Assembly: GCA_032718475.1 (NCBI GenBank)
Contig: JAUCBJ010003125.1
Coordinates: 1 to 34,758, forward strand
Origin: Nemertoderma westbladi
Lineage: Eukaryota > Animalia > Xenacoelomorpha
Direction: 5' to 3'
Length of the DNA: 34,758 nt
The notes under the pieces: generated by a model
Databases searched by the model: none
Told to the model about the DNA's origin: nothing
The model's input: only the letters and a program-made list of their open reading frames with translations
Translations under genes and position numbers: made by a program
Shown here: one piece after another, positions 23,428 to 34,421 of the stretch
Layout of the letters: every line of letters starts with the position of its first letter
How positions within the stretch are numbered: the first letter of the stretch is position 1

Positions 23428-23999
23428 CATATTGCACTAGAATAGCTACAATACCAGTGTGATGAAAGTCAACACGTAATTCAGTTTTCTTATAGCAACA
23501 TAATATGAAAACTATGCCAGTTTTCACTCATTGAGATCTTTTAAAATTTTTCTTTGTTCGCCCTGGCTCTTTTTAAAACGATAGTTATCAGTAGTAAATG
23601 CATGCCGTAGCGCGGACGGTAGCGCCAAAAATAAGTATATCATCCAAAATGTTTTTTGCAGCCATTATTGCAGTGATTATTCGCCGAATTCATCTTGGGA
23701 AGATTTCATTTCAAATGGGACACATTTATACTGTTTGATAAATTTACTGTAAATAGATATCATCAGAAATTTTATCATTTTATATCGTAGAATAGCTGCA
23801 TTTGCTGCTCAGCAGTCGATGCATAACCGTATAGCTGCATGGTCTGGTTGGGTCTTTAAGTTTTGGTGCAAAGAATAGGTTAGAAACCATGTTGTTGGTT
23901 TATAAGTGGGGTGTGTGTATGGTGGCTCATGGAGACCAAAGTAATTAAACCAAGACCGTAGTAATAAACTGGCAAGAAAATGAAGATATGATGCTGCTT

Positions 24000-24270
24000 T
24001 TGATGAATTAATTGCATATATATTGCTGCATGAAATTTTCAATAGCATTCTTAGATAGATTCCCCATTCCGAAAAGTATATCTTTACGAGCTGAATCTAC
24101 AAGCTCAGCTGAAGCAATTTCGGGGTCACAAAGTAGTCTCCAACAACCTTGGATGTTCAGAACCATCAAACGACTGTTACTTATGACATAAGAGTAGTGA
24201 TAAATGCCTGAACTTGTTTGAATAGTTGAGCATCCTCACAACCCTCGCAAAGAGCTTCATCATTGTTTAG
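24000..24270 (-). pseudogene. Alpha-kinase (eEF2K/TRPM7-type) pseudogene, C-terminal half
   Basis: Translates with one frameshift as NNDE...VQAF-HYSYVISNSRLMVLNIQGCWRLLCDPEIAS...FGMGNLSKNAIENFMQQYICN*. Confidence 0.85.
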
Positions 24271-24420
24271 CATCATTGATCATCATCATAGTTTGAACAA
24301 GTAAGGTTGGCATAGGCCTGTACGTAGGCTGCACAACTCACGCTGACTGCTGACTGCTAACTACTGAAACTGATAGACCAACTGACTGACTTTATCTCAT
24401 ACTGCTATACTGTCTCTTTT

Positions 24421-25833
24421 ATGGATTCTTTTAGTTCGGCCCCTGCCGACCTTAGACCTGTCGACCCTTTGGGTTTTGGTGGAAACGTCCCTTCTTCCTC
24501 GCAACCGGGTGAGGTAGGCGATGGCTGGACTCCGGAGGGTAGTTGCATGGATACTTCTGGTACCGTTTACGCTCCCGGTACCGGTACGGCCGCGGCCGGT
24601 ATAGATGCTGTTATCCTTTCTGACAGTACTTGCCTTGTCAATACATGCCTTGCCTCATTGTTGCAGTGTATCTCCTGTCATACTGATGATGTCGCATCTG
24701 AAGTTTGTCTGTCAAACTTCCCGGCGGATGAAATCTACATTGCGAAGCAACAACTCTGTCGGCGCGCTAGTCTAGAGTGTGTGAATCGGAACGACACGAA
24801 AGACCGTACTGCCGCAATGGCGAATGTACGTGATTTGTTGGAGAAGCTTCATGAGCTGGATAAAGCGGGTAAACTACCGTTGATTACCGTTGAGGCCCTG
24901 GCGGCCCTCAGGTTGCCTGCGGTTGGGACTCTATCCTCCAGTTCCGGTAAGTCAGGAGATAGAACCTCACTGTTTAACTGTAAGATTGCTGATGTTGATA
25001 TTTCTGAGAGAATCAGTTCCGTTGATAAGAAAATAGATGACTTTCAGAAATCTGTAATCGACAAACTCAAGTCTATAGAGTCACATGTTTCTGCTAAGGC
25101 TACAGGAGCAGGAGGGGCCGTTGCGTGTTCCGTTCCGTCGCAGCTACCTCCTCCCCCAGTTGGCTTTATTCCGCCAGATACTTCTCGCACCTTCAGGGAG
25201 GTAGTAACCTCTAGACGTTCGTCACCGAGATTTGCTCGGAACTCAGGGCATCCCTATAGCACCTCCGTTTCTCAATTGCGGTTCCCTACCACTCCGGCAG
25301 TGGTTGGTGTTAATAGCTCCGAGGCTGCCGGTAGACAGCCTGGAGCTGAGCCTGGGAGTCAGCCAGGGAGTGCTAAGCGACCTCGTTTTTCGCCATCGAT
25401 CCCGGCTACAGAAACTGGAACTGTTAATTCACGGTCGCGTACCGATTCTGAGGGCGACCAGTTCCCGAAATACCGAAGGTCTCGTCCTGAGTACATCGTA
25501 GGCTTAGGAAGAAAGCCCGACGATAAGGGGATGTCTGGTAAAACATTTAAGTCGAAAGTTGCTCCTGCTGAGATTTTTGTGTTTAGAATGGATAGTGAGA
25601 CAACACCACAGGACATTGTAGACGACTTGGGAGCCAGCAATATAAAGATTCCGCTTAGCTTTGTTTCGAGGATCTCTAATAAAGAGTCTAGGAGTGCTAG
25701 TTTTAAGGTTGGAATTCCCAGTAACCTCCTTGAAATGGCGCTTGATCCCTTGGTATGGCCCCCGGGGGCTTGTGTTCGTAAATGGATATATTATGCTAGG
25801 AGCGGAGGGGATGGCGGGGGCCGGAGGGCTTAA
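24421..25833 (+). CDS. LINE ORF1 protein (470 aa)
   Basis: Intact ORF directly upstream of APE-RT. N-terminal EIxxAKxxL...DL...LP block, coiled coil, C-terminal IFVFRM...SFKV...WPxGxxVR block seen in LINE ORF1 proteins. Confidence 0.85.
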   Translation: MDSFSSAPADLRPVDPLGFGGNVPSSSQPGEVGDGWTPEGSCMDTSGTVYAPGTGTAAAGIDAVILSDSTCLVNTCLASLLQCISCHTDDVASEVCLSNFPADEIYIAKQQLCRRASLECVNRNDTKDRTAAMANVRDLLEKLHELDKAGKLPLITVEALAALRLPAVGTLSSSSGKSGDRTSLFNCKIADVDISERISSVDKKIDDFQKSVIDKLKSIESHVSAKATGAGGAVACSVPSQLPPPPVGFIPPDTSRTFREVVTSRRSSPRFARNSGHPYSTSVSQLRFPTTPAVVGVNSSEAAGRQPGAEPGSQPGSAKRPRFSPSIPATETGTVNSRSRTDSEGDQFPKYRRSRPEYIVGLGRKPDDKGMSGKTFKSKVAPAEIFVFRMDSETTPQDIVDDLGASNIKIPLSFVSRISNKESRSASFKVGIPSNLLEMALDPLVWPPGACVRKWIYYARSGGDGGGRRA

Positions 25834-25885
25834 GCAATAGCTACGTGTATATATATATATAGATTTGTATTTTTTATACTTTAAT

Positions 25886-26613
25886 ATGGCCAGTAACTCT
25901 CAAAACAATGGTTACAATTTTAGAATTTACTCCTATAACAGCAGGGGGTTTTCTTCTGATAGAAGTGAGTTTATAAAAATATTAGCCTGTAGTGCTGATA
26001 TAATTTGCATTCAGGAACATTTTATTCTTAAAAATAATGTAAATTACATAAAGAAACATTTTCCCGATTTTGAGTGCTATTTTGAACCTTCTTATTTTTC
26101 AGATTCTAATGTTGCTGGACAGCATGGAAGGCAAATGGCTGGGTTATGTTTTTTAGTGCGTAAATCACTTTTGAAGTATGTGGTATCGGTTACCACAGAT
26201 AATAGACGTTTATTGGCTTTAAAATTATTATTTCCCAATTCAAGGGAAATTATTTTACTAAATACGTACTTCCCAGTCGATACCAGGCATTCAGATATAG
26301 TTTCTGACGAATTTTTATTATTGTGCAATGATATCAATCGCATTGTAAGTGCCTCTTCTTCGAACAATGTAATTATAGCTGGAGATCTTAATTCTGATTT
26401 TTTGCGTCAATCAGTGTCAATCATGTCAATTATTTGCAAAAATTTATTCGTGATTTTAATCTAAATATTGCATGGGATACTTACAATGTTGATTTTACGC
26501 ATATTTGTGTGATTAATGATACAGTATATACTTCCACTATTGATCATTTTTTGATTTCAGACTCAGTGCTTAATGCAGGCATTGAGGCGGGAGTGGTTCA
26601 CTCAGGTGCCAAC
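25886..26613 (+). pseudogene. LINE ORF2 APE endonuclease domain (one frameshift near 26415; cut by MITE)
   Basis: SYNSRGF, CIQEHF, NTYFP, IAGDLN, TIDHF. Confidence 0.88.
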
Positions 26614-28050
26614 TAGTGTTGAGAACTGAATCAATTTTGACTAATTTCAGTTACAGTTACAGTTTCAGTATTCAAAGTTTTGCATTTCAGTTACAGTTAC
26701 AGTTTCAGTATTACAAAGTGTAACATTTCAGTTACAGTTACAGTTTCAGTATTATAAAATTGAGCATTTCAGTTTCAGTTACAGTTTTGATCGTGATAAA
26801 ATTCAGTTACAGTTTCAGTTATAGATTCAATATCTGTATGATCTCATGTAGTAAGCAGTCATTGAATTAATGTAGTCTCATCGGGGCTGGGTGCATTGCA
26901 GTCACTTGCCCAATGAGTCACTTGCCCAAAAAATCAAACGAATCACTTGCCAAATAAAAAAAATATATCTGAAACTAAAAATGAGGCACTTTAATATATT
27001 ACTGTAATATACGCTAATAATAATGTTCATTACGAAACGTCCTCTTTCTAGAGCTAATAGGTAGTTATTGTAGGAAAGTTGGACCCACTCTATGGTAATG
27101 TTTTGTAACTAATATACTGACAGTATGTAATGAAAGTGGCACGTCACAAGATCACACTAACGGCACCCACATTTTAATGTACATGTTGTTTCAGTGCTTG
27201 TACAGTACTGTTATCATTTATTGTTTTGGTTATAAAAGCCATGCTTCTGAATCCTGCTCATTTTCCTTAATTCGAAATTTGTTTTAGTAATCATATATTT
27301 ATTGTTTTGGTTAGACCCACCTCGATAGGCTGCTCCTTTCACTTTTAAGTTTAATTTTGTAATTTATAATGGTAAACTTGATCAAAATTTAATTTCCAGT
27401 GTGCCTCTAGTGTGATTGTGATATTAATAGTACCGGTAACATTAATAATTCATAATGTAAAATATATATCCGTTAAAATCCCTCTACCAATAGGCCTAAC
27501 TTTTCTTCGTTTATATAAAACATTTACATTTAATATGAAGCAAAAGTGGTGATAAGGCTGATAATAGTCTAATAGTTGAGCCAGATAAACATAGACTATA
27601 TGCTACTGTAGATCATCGTTCACTACTTGACTCGCCAAATAAATCACATTTGAGCTAAAGTGGACAGTGGGTCTTTTTTATTGTGGAATAATATGGTTTT
27701 GTTCAGAAGTGGAAAAAATGAGATTGTTTTTTATAACAATGTTTTAAAAATGATACCTATGGTAACCACTGTTATTCATTTATTAAACTATACTCTATAC
27801 TTTATTACAATACTGTTTTAAATGCTCATTCATGTTAATTGTGTGATTGAGAACTGAATCGGATTTTGTTAATTTCAGTTTCAGTTACAGTTACAGTATT
27901 CAAAATTCGTAATTACAGTTTCAGTTACAGTTACAGTATTCAAAATTCGCAATTACAGTTACAGTTATAGTTACAGTATCAAAAAATCATCAAAATCATT
28001 CAGTTACAGTTGCAGTTACAGTATAATTACAGTTACAGTTCTCAACACTA
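26614..28050. mobile_element. hAT-type non-autonomous DNA transposon (1437 bp)
   Basis: Perfect 15-bp TIR TAGTGTTGAGAACTG, 8-bp TSD GTGCCAAC (26606-26613 and 28051-28058), CAGTTA/CAGTTT subterminal arrays. Confidence 0.95.
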
Positions 28051-28058
28051 GTGCCAAC

Positions 28059-30410
28059 CTGTCTGACCATAACCCTATTTATTTTAAATTTTTGGTTGAA
28101 GGTTTGACTGAATCAGCAGTATCTAGAAACATACCGTCCAAACCAAATTTTTTACGGGCGAATGATGATGAGAAATCTTTATTTAAATCTAATTTAAGTG
28201 AGCGATTAAGTTCAATATCATTGCATTGCAGTACTTGTAATAATTTACTGTGTGATAATCCTGCGCATATTAATAATATTGATGAGTATACTAGTGATAT
28301 CTTGAGTGCTCTGAATGATGCCGCAGGGGTATTGCCCCAAACTGGGGGTATTTCTAATGACGGTAATAAGCGTCACACTTTACCTGGTTGGAACGAGCAT
28401 GTGCGTCCGTACAAAGATGACGCAATATTTTGGCACAGCCTGTGGGTGTCTGCAGGTAGACCAAGTGCAAGTGCGAGCAATCTATACCATATGCGGCGGT
28501 CGTCCAGAGCGCAATATCAGTATGCCGTACGTAGACTTAAGCGTCAAGTTGATATTGTGAATAAAGATAAATTATTACAGTCATGTTTGTCTAATAGTAG
28601 CGTGGATTTATTTTCAGAGATAAAGAGATTGCGAGGTAATTGTACTTCAGGTTGTAGTACGTCGGTTGATGGCAAGACTGACGATATTTCTATCGCTAAT
28701 CATTTCGGTGCAATTTATAGTAATTTATATAATCAAGGTTATGAGTCTGATTTACCTTTATTAGATGGTAAAATTAAGGATATTTTATTAGATTATTCGT
28801 TACAAGAACATGATACTATCTCTCCTCAGTTAGTTTCTGCAGCCATTGGCAAACTCAAGTCTGCCAAGTCTGATGTTGATACTGAATTTAATTCCGATTG
28901 TTTAAAAAATGCTAATGACGATTTAGCCATGCATTTAGCTCAATTGTTCAATTCTTTCCTTTTACATGGTTATGTCCCATTGCTATTATTGAAATTTGCT
29001 TTAATTCCACTTATTAAGAATAAATTAGGTAGCCATACGTCATCTACTAATTACCGTGCTATAGCTATTTCTTCTTTGATTGTTAAGGTGTTTGAATGGG
29101 TAATGTTGCTTTCCCAGGATAATGTATTTAAGAATGATGAATTACAGTTTGGTTTCCTACGTAATTCTAGTACCTCAATGTGCAGCTGGGCGGCCAAGGA
29201 AACGATATCTTTTTACCAGCGGTTCTCTACCCCTGTGTTTGGGTGCCTGCTTGACCTTACGAAGGCATTTGATATGGTCGAGTGGCAATCATTATTTTTA
29301 GAATTATTAGATAAGGGGTTTTCGCCACTTTTTCTGCGTGCACTAATTTCGATGTACAAAGGTCAGTGCGGTTTTGTTAGATGGGGTTCTGCCTGCTCCA
29401 CTACTTTTAGTATTTCAAATGGCGTTAAACAAGGCTCGGTGGCTTCCCCGATTTTGTTTTGTGTTTTGATAAATAAATTAATTGTACGGCTAAGAGAAAG
29501 TAAGATTGGTTGTCATTTAGGTTCTAGATACCTTGGTGTTTTCGTATATGCAGATGATATTTTTCTTTTGTGTCCATCTATTATTGGTTTACAAAAGATG
29601 ATTTCGACATGTGATAATTTTGCTAAAGAATTTAATATGTGCTTTAGTACAAATGTAGATGCTAGTAAAAGCAAGTCGAAGTGTATCCCATTTGGTTTTA
29701 ATTGGAACCCACCCGGTGCTAAGGTTTATATTCGTTCTGTTTATTTGCCATGGGTTAAAGAGGCCACGCATTTGGGTAACATATTTGATTCAGGTTGTAA
29801 GTTCAGTAGCGATATTTTACGTAAAAGGGGAATATTTATTGGTAGGTTGAATTGTTTAAGGCAAGAATTCATGTTTGCACATCCATATAGTTTATCAAAA
29901 ATTCTGCGAATTTATACAACGAGTTTTTATGGGAGTAATCTTTGGGACCTTTGGGGGGATTCTTGCCGTAAAATGGTAACTAGCTGGAATATTAATATGC
30001 CATTAGTTTGGGGGCTTCCATATAATTCTCATAGATTTTTGGTAGAGGGTTTGATCGATTTTCCGTATCCGTTATCTATGTTGTGCAGTCGTTTTGTAAC
30101 TTTTGCAAAGTCGTTATTAACTTCTGATAAACCATCTATTCGTTTTCTTGGTAATGTTACTCTATTTGATTGTAGGTCCGTCAGTGGCTCTAATTTGAGA
30201 CACATCGCTGATAAGTGTAAAGTTCGTTTTGATAATTTATCGTCCAAACTATGCAATAACGTTTCTTGGTTTACCTCCCACGAACATTTACCAGTTATTA
30301 ATATGTGCCGTGAATTAATTGAGTGCAGAGTTAGTGGCGCAGAAACTTATATTCCTGGTTTTGATAGATCTGAACTGGATGACATTCTCAATTATATTTC
30401 CACGAATTGA
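28059..30410 (+). CDS. LINE ORF2 remainder (end of APE + reverse transcriptase), open frame
   Basis: LSDHNPI, NYRAIAI, QFGF, LDLTKAFD, GVKQGSVASP, VYADD, HLG. Confidence 0.9.
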   Translation: MSDHNPIYFKFLVEGLTESAVSRNIPSKPNFLRANDDEKSLFKSNLSERLSSISLHCSTCNNLLCDNPAHINNIDEYTSDILSALNDAAGVLPQTGGISNDGNKRHTLPGWNEHVRPYKDDAIFWHSLWVSAGRPSASASNLYHMRRSSRAQYQYAVRRLKRQVDIVNKDKLLQSCLSNSSVDLFSEIKRLRGNCTSGCSTSVDGKTDDISIANHFGAIYSNLYNQGYESDLPLLDGKIKDILLDYSLQEHDTISPQLVSAAIGKLKSAKSDVDTEFNSDCLKNANDDLAMHLAQLFNSFLLHGYVPLLLLKFALIPLIKNKLGSHTSSTNYRAIAISSLIVKVFEWVMLLSQDNVFKNDELQFGFLRNSSTSMCSWAAKETISFYQRFSTPVFGCLLDLTKAFDMVEWQSLFLELLDKGFSPLFLRALISMYKGQCGFVRWGSACSTTFSISNGVKQGSVASPILFCVLINKLIVRLRESKIGCHLGSRYLGVFVYADDIFLLCPSIIGLQKMISTCDNFAKEFNMCFSTNVDASKSKSKCIPFGFNWNPPGAKVYIRSVYLPWVKEATHLGNIFDSGCKFSSDILRKRGIFIGRLNCLRQEFMFAHPYSLSKILRIYTTSFYGSNLWDLWGDSCRKMVTSWNINMPLVWGLPYNSHRFLVEGLIDFPYPLSMLCSRFVTFAKSLLTSDKPSIRFLGNVTLFDCRSVSGSNLRHIADKCKVRFDNLSSKLCNNVSWFTSHEHLPVINMCRELIECRVSGAETYIPGFDRSELDDILNYISTN

Positions 30411-30655
30411 CTTGTTTATTGTTGTTCATTTTGTTTATTCATACTGTTAGCTCTTTGTTAGGTTTAGTTATAATAGTTTACAGATACTAATTTCAAATCA
30501 GTTAGGTGTTTGGTTTGTACACATATTTACAGTAACTAATTTACCCTGTGCATCATTATTAACATCATTCATTATATATCGTGTGCTTTGTTGGTCCTGT
30601 ATGTATGCTGTACTAGATTTATTTTCTATGTACGAAATTAAATTAAATTAAATTA

Positions 30656-31247
30656 TATACAGTACTTGTAAAAATCACCTTCTATAAACTCTTCTAGTGC
30701 GACATACTCACCGTCTCCCCATTAATTTGACCATGTAATGCATTTACATATATGAGTGGTGGGGGATGTCTATTTGTTTCTTATCTAAAGATTTATTAAA
30801 TTGTACGGCTCTGTTCCCACATTGTCCTGCTCAATCGTGACAGTTGCATGTTGATTGGCTTGACACAAATACCAGCATTAAGTAACTGCGCCACAGAGAC
30901 TGACTTCAATGGGTAACACCCGCCTAAATTTCGCGATTTACTTGTTGATGCGATACATGTAGTTGTTGTAACAACAGGAAGCTGGTAGGGTGAAGAATCT
31001 ATCAGATTCAATCAAAGCACCATTAGATGCCCCAAAATAACTTTCACAGGCATGAATAATGTTATCCACTATGTCAGTTCCATGTCATGGCACAAAGTGC
31101 CTAGTGCCGATAACTTCAAATTTATTTAGAGGGCCGGCTCATTAGACATTCTCTGTACGAGTAACCATGGTTCTTCCCTTTCTTCATGCGCTTCTCTGAC
31201 AACTTATCTTCGAATGATTGGATGTCTGAAAACTTGCGACGAGACAT
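30656..31247 (-). pseudogene. Alpha-kinase pseudogene, N-terminal half
   Basis: From ATG 31247, with stops and frameshifts: MSRRKF..., VQRMS, IGTRHFVP, NIIHACESYF, KSVSVAQLLNAG, then EYVALEEFIEGDFYKY, which abuts the LINE tail and continues as NND at 24267. Confidence 0.75.
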
Positions 31248-32932
31248 CACACGTATAGTGTAGGCCTGATAGCAGAATAATGATGTTTCTAACAGCTACA
31301 GTAGTACTCGAAAACAAATTAAAATCAACAAAAAATGGATAACGAATGCCAGATGCAGAGCAGAACAGAACAATATTTTCACCAACTGACTAACAAACAC
31401 ACTACCTGACTGTCGGTACTGGTAGACAGAAATGAAAGTATACATAATTAGATTCTGCACAATCACTACCGGCACTCCTACACAAACACACATAACATAG
31501 TTAACCAGTAATAAACTGACCAATAGGCCTACCGGCACAGGTAGACAGAACTGAAAGTAGGCCTATAGTTCAGTCAGCTACTGTGGTTTTAAAATTCCCA
31601 CCCCGATGGCCTCCATGGGCCAAGACTAATGCTTTTCTATGTAGTTGAATTGGCCTCCATGGGCCACCTTATGTTTTTGTAATATGTAACACTGGCCAGT
31701 GAGTGCCAATACAATTTATTACTACAGTTTTAATTGTTACTTGTTTATTATTTGAACCGTGGAAGCTAAGCATATTTTTTATAGGTGGCCTCCATGGTTC
31801 TTGAATGACTTAATGATAATAATAGAGTGTAATGACACAGCAACAATTTACCTCTACCCTCTACCCAACTATTTCATTTCACCTGGATCTTCAAAGAACT
31901 GTGTGAATGTCACTATCAGTTGTATGGTAGGCCTACAACTGTCATTTGTGGGAAACAATCGAAATGTTCAAGTAGGTATCGTGTTCATCCTCATAAAAAG
32001 TTGAATTATTGTATTTATCATACTCAGAATCATCATATAACCTGAGTAGGCCTATTGTTGTAATTTGCATATATCCCTCAGTTTTATACCAGTGATTCTG
32101 TCTAACCAATTTATTTCCTGTATGGAATCCCCTTACGGAGATCTTGGATAAAACCGAGGCCACCCTTGCGGATTACCATTACCACGTGCATAACAACCAT
32201 GAGGAAGAAATTGTTGAGAATCTAATATTTGGAAACGACAACAGCATAGTTACTTATATGACCGCATCATTCGTGTAGATTTACTATTGAATTCACAAAG
32301 TCGATGTGTCCGCTAGTTGGTTATTTCATGAACCGCATTGGATGTTACATAAGTCGAATTTATGGTAGTGTATAGGCCTACTGTAGTACCGCTAACCATG
32401 AAGTTTATCAACAACCTAGACGTATGCATTCCGAACTGGTTCACTTGTGGGTAAATTCGGTAAATTTGTTGCGATATTTTCAAGTTCTTTCCCCGATTTG
32501 TAGAATGCTGCACCTACAATATTTCCATTTCAACATCCGTAAGTCGCTCGAGAAGCCTAGAATATCTTTATTGTTCGAATTCTTTACCAGAATTAAGCTG
32601 TTCCTTCCAAACAAAGCGTCTCCCAAACCGTTGTATTTCCTGATGCATTTCGCTGAGCCATCTTCGTCGCCAATAACGTACAGTAATAATGTGATTTCCA
32701 GTAATAATAGTATAGAATCATTTATATAGTTTGTATAAATGAATATACAGTAGATAGGCAAATGCACACATCAAACAGTCTGTACTTACAAGCAAAAAAT
32801 GGGATGAATTATATAGTGAGCGGGGCGAACCATGTGCTGAGCCATAATTAATTCCTTTTTGTTTATAGGCCTATCATAGAATGAAATGCCTTGCAAGCAA
32901 CAACTAGAACCTTTGTTTTTCTATACTTGCAG

Positions 32933-33234
32933 CTTGTATGCGACTACTAACTCTTTGGGGTGTCGCTATTGGTCCAATAATTGGTGGGTCTATGACTCAT
33001 GCCCTTGGCTTTCCGGTTGCCATCGCCTTATTCAGCGTTATAAGTTTGCTAATCATTCCGCCAGTAATCGCACTCCATTGCTACTATTGGTGCAACGGAC
33101 GGGACATGTACCAACGTGCGGATAGATTCACACGAGTTGAGGAAGAAAATCAACCTTTACTGGCCGGAACCGGTAGTGGTTCTAATGGTATAGTAAGACG
33201 ACTTCCTAACAACAGAGAAGACAGCCTTATATGA
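32933..33234 (+). CDS. SLC18B1: SLC18B1-like MFS transporter, terminal exon (apparent +1 frameshift at 32957-32960)
   Basis: Acceptor TTTTTCTATACTTGCAG in phase 2. Removing one G gives a 1512-nt spliced CDS (503 aa). Confidence 0.8.
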
Positions 33235-33645
33235 ATATTGCGACAGTTGGGGGATGTTTCAAAGGAAATGTTATTGCAATACTGTATGTATATTATATAA
33301 AAATATATATTATATTATTATTACCCTGCGGTTGTTTTTATTTACAGAAGTTTAATAATTTATACAATATTATATTATTATAAGTATAAAATTTTAATTA
33401 TTTTAGAAAAAAAATAGTAGGGGCCGGGAAGTCACATCCGTAGCGCCTGCAGGTTGGTGCTGGGCTTTGCCGATTCTTAGTCACTACCGAAATTGTACAA
33501 CGCTCCGTTTATTTGTCTTTTTCCCATGAACCATGCACAACATAGAGAGATCTGGTGTCTTATGCTACTGTAGATACTGTAGCTGAAGGTTTACGTGAGT
33601 AATCGCGCGGTTCCAATGACACACAATGTTGATCGATGACCTGAT

Positions 33646-33700
33646 GGTGGGGGATGGGGGGGGGGGGGAGGGGGGGGGGGGGGGGGGGGGGGGGGGAGGG
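33646..33700. repeat. Poly-G tract
   Basis: Long G runs with few interruptions. Confidence 0.9.
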
Positions 33701-34421
33701 CGGTCAAGTTCCGTCAGGTCTTGGTTGAAATTCGTAACTTCAACCACCATTGGGGGTGTAGGTGATTTTTCGTAACTTCTACTTCTCTGGCTGTAATGGT
33801 TTTATTCCATTGCAGCAATTATCACATGATACTGAAGCAGCCATTGATGGTGGAACTATTATTGATTTTGACAACAATAGTCTCTCATGTGAGGGGGGAT
33901 GGGGACTGCAGAATGATGCTGAAACGAGTTGACGCGGTTTTCCTACACTAGGTTTTCGTGGGCATGTATTATATGAGTTATTCCTTTTTGTATTCCTTTA
34001 CCCAAAATTTATCACTTCCCAAAGTACCGTCATGTTCGAGACTCCTGCATATCATCATAGCAACCCAATAGGCGTCATATACCAAATCTACTATTGTTGT
34101 ATTATCTACTACCGTTGTAGTAGCACAACGGATTTATTCTTAACAACTTGAATATTAAAAAAATAAATCTAAATCCGTACAGAACGTATGTTTTATTAAA
34201 TCACAAAAACTTTACTGCTGGTCTACAAGGCACAAGCTCAGTGCAACGCGGTTTATTCCATCTCGAAAAATCTTACAACCTAATTTTGTTTCTTTACAAT
34301 TTTGCGTGATAAATATACAGTAGTAAACTTTTAAAGCTTCTGTAATATCATTCAAATATTCAAATGTTCAAAAAAATTGTAGATCTTCACTAAGATTGTC
34401 CCACTATTGTCATCTTAATAT

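Larger units (their letters stand above)
24290..30654 (+). mobile_element. Full-length two-ORF non-LTR retrotransposon (Proto2-like, clade tentative)
   Basis: 5' UTR, intact ORF1, APE-RT ORF2, 3' UTR and (TTAAA)n tail at ~30636-30654. Boundaries are fixed by the two halves of the alpha-kinase pseudogene. Confidence 0.9.

Noticed and set aside
33565-33750. Poly-proline ORF
   Set aside because: Translation of the poly-G tract, whose length is also unreliable in assemblies.
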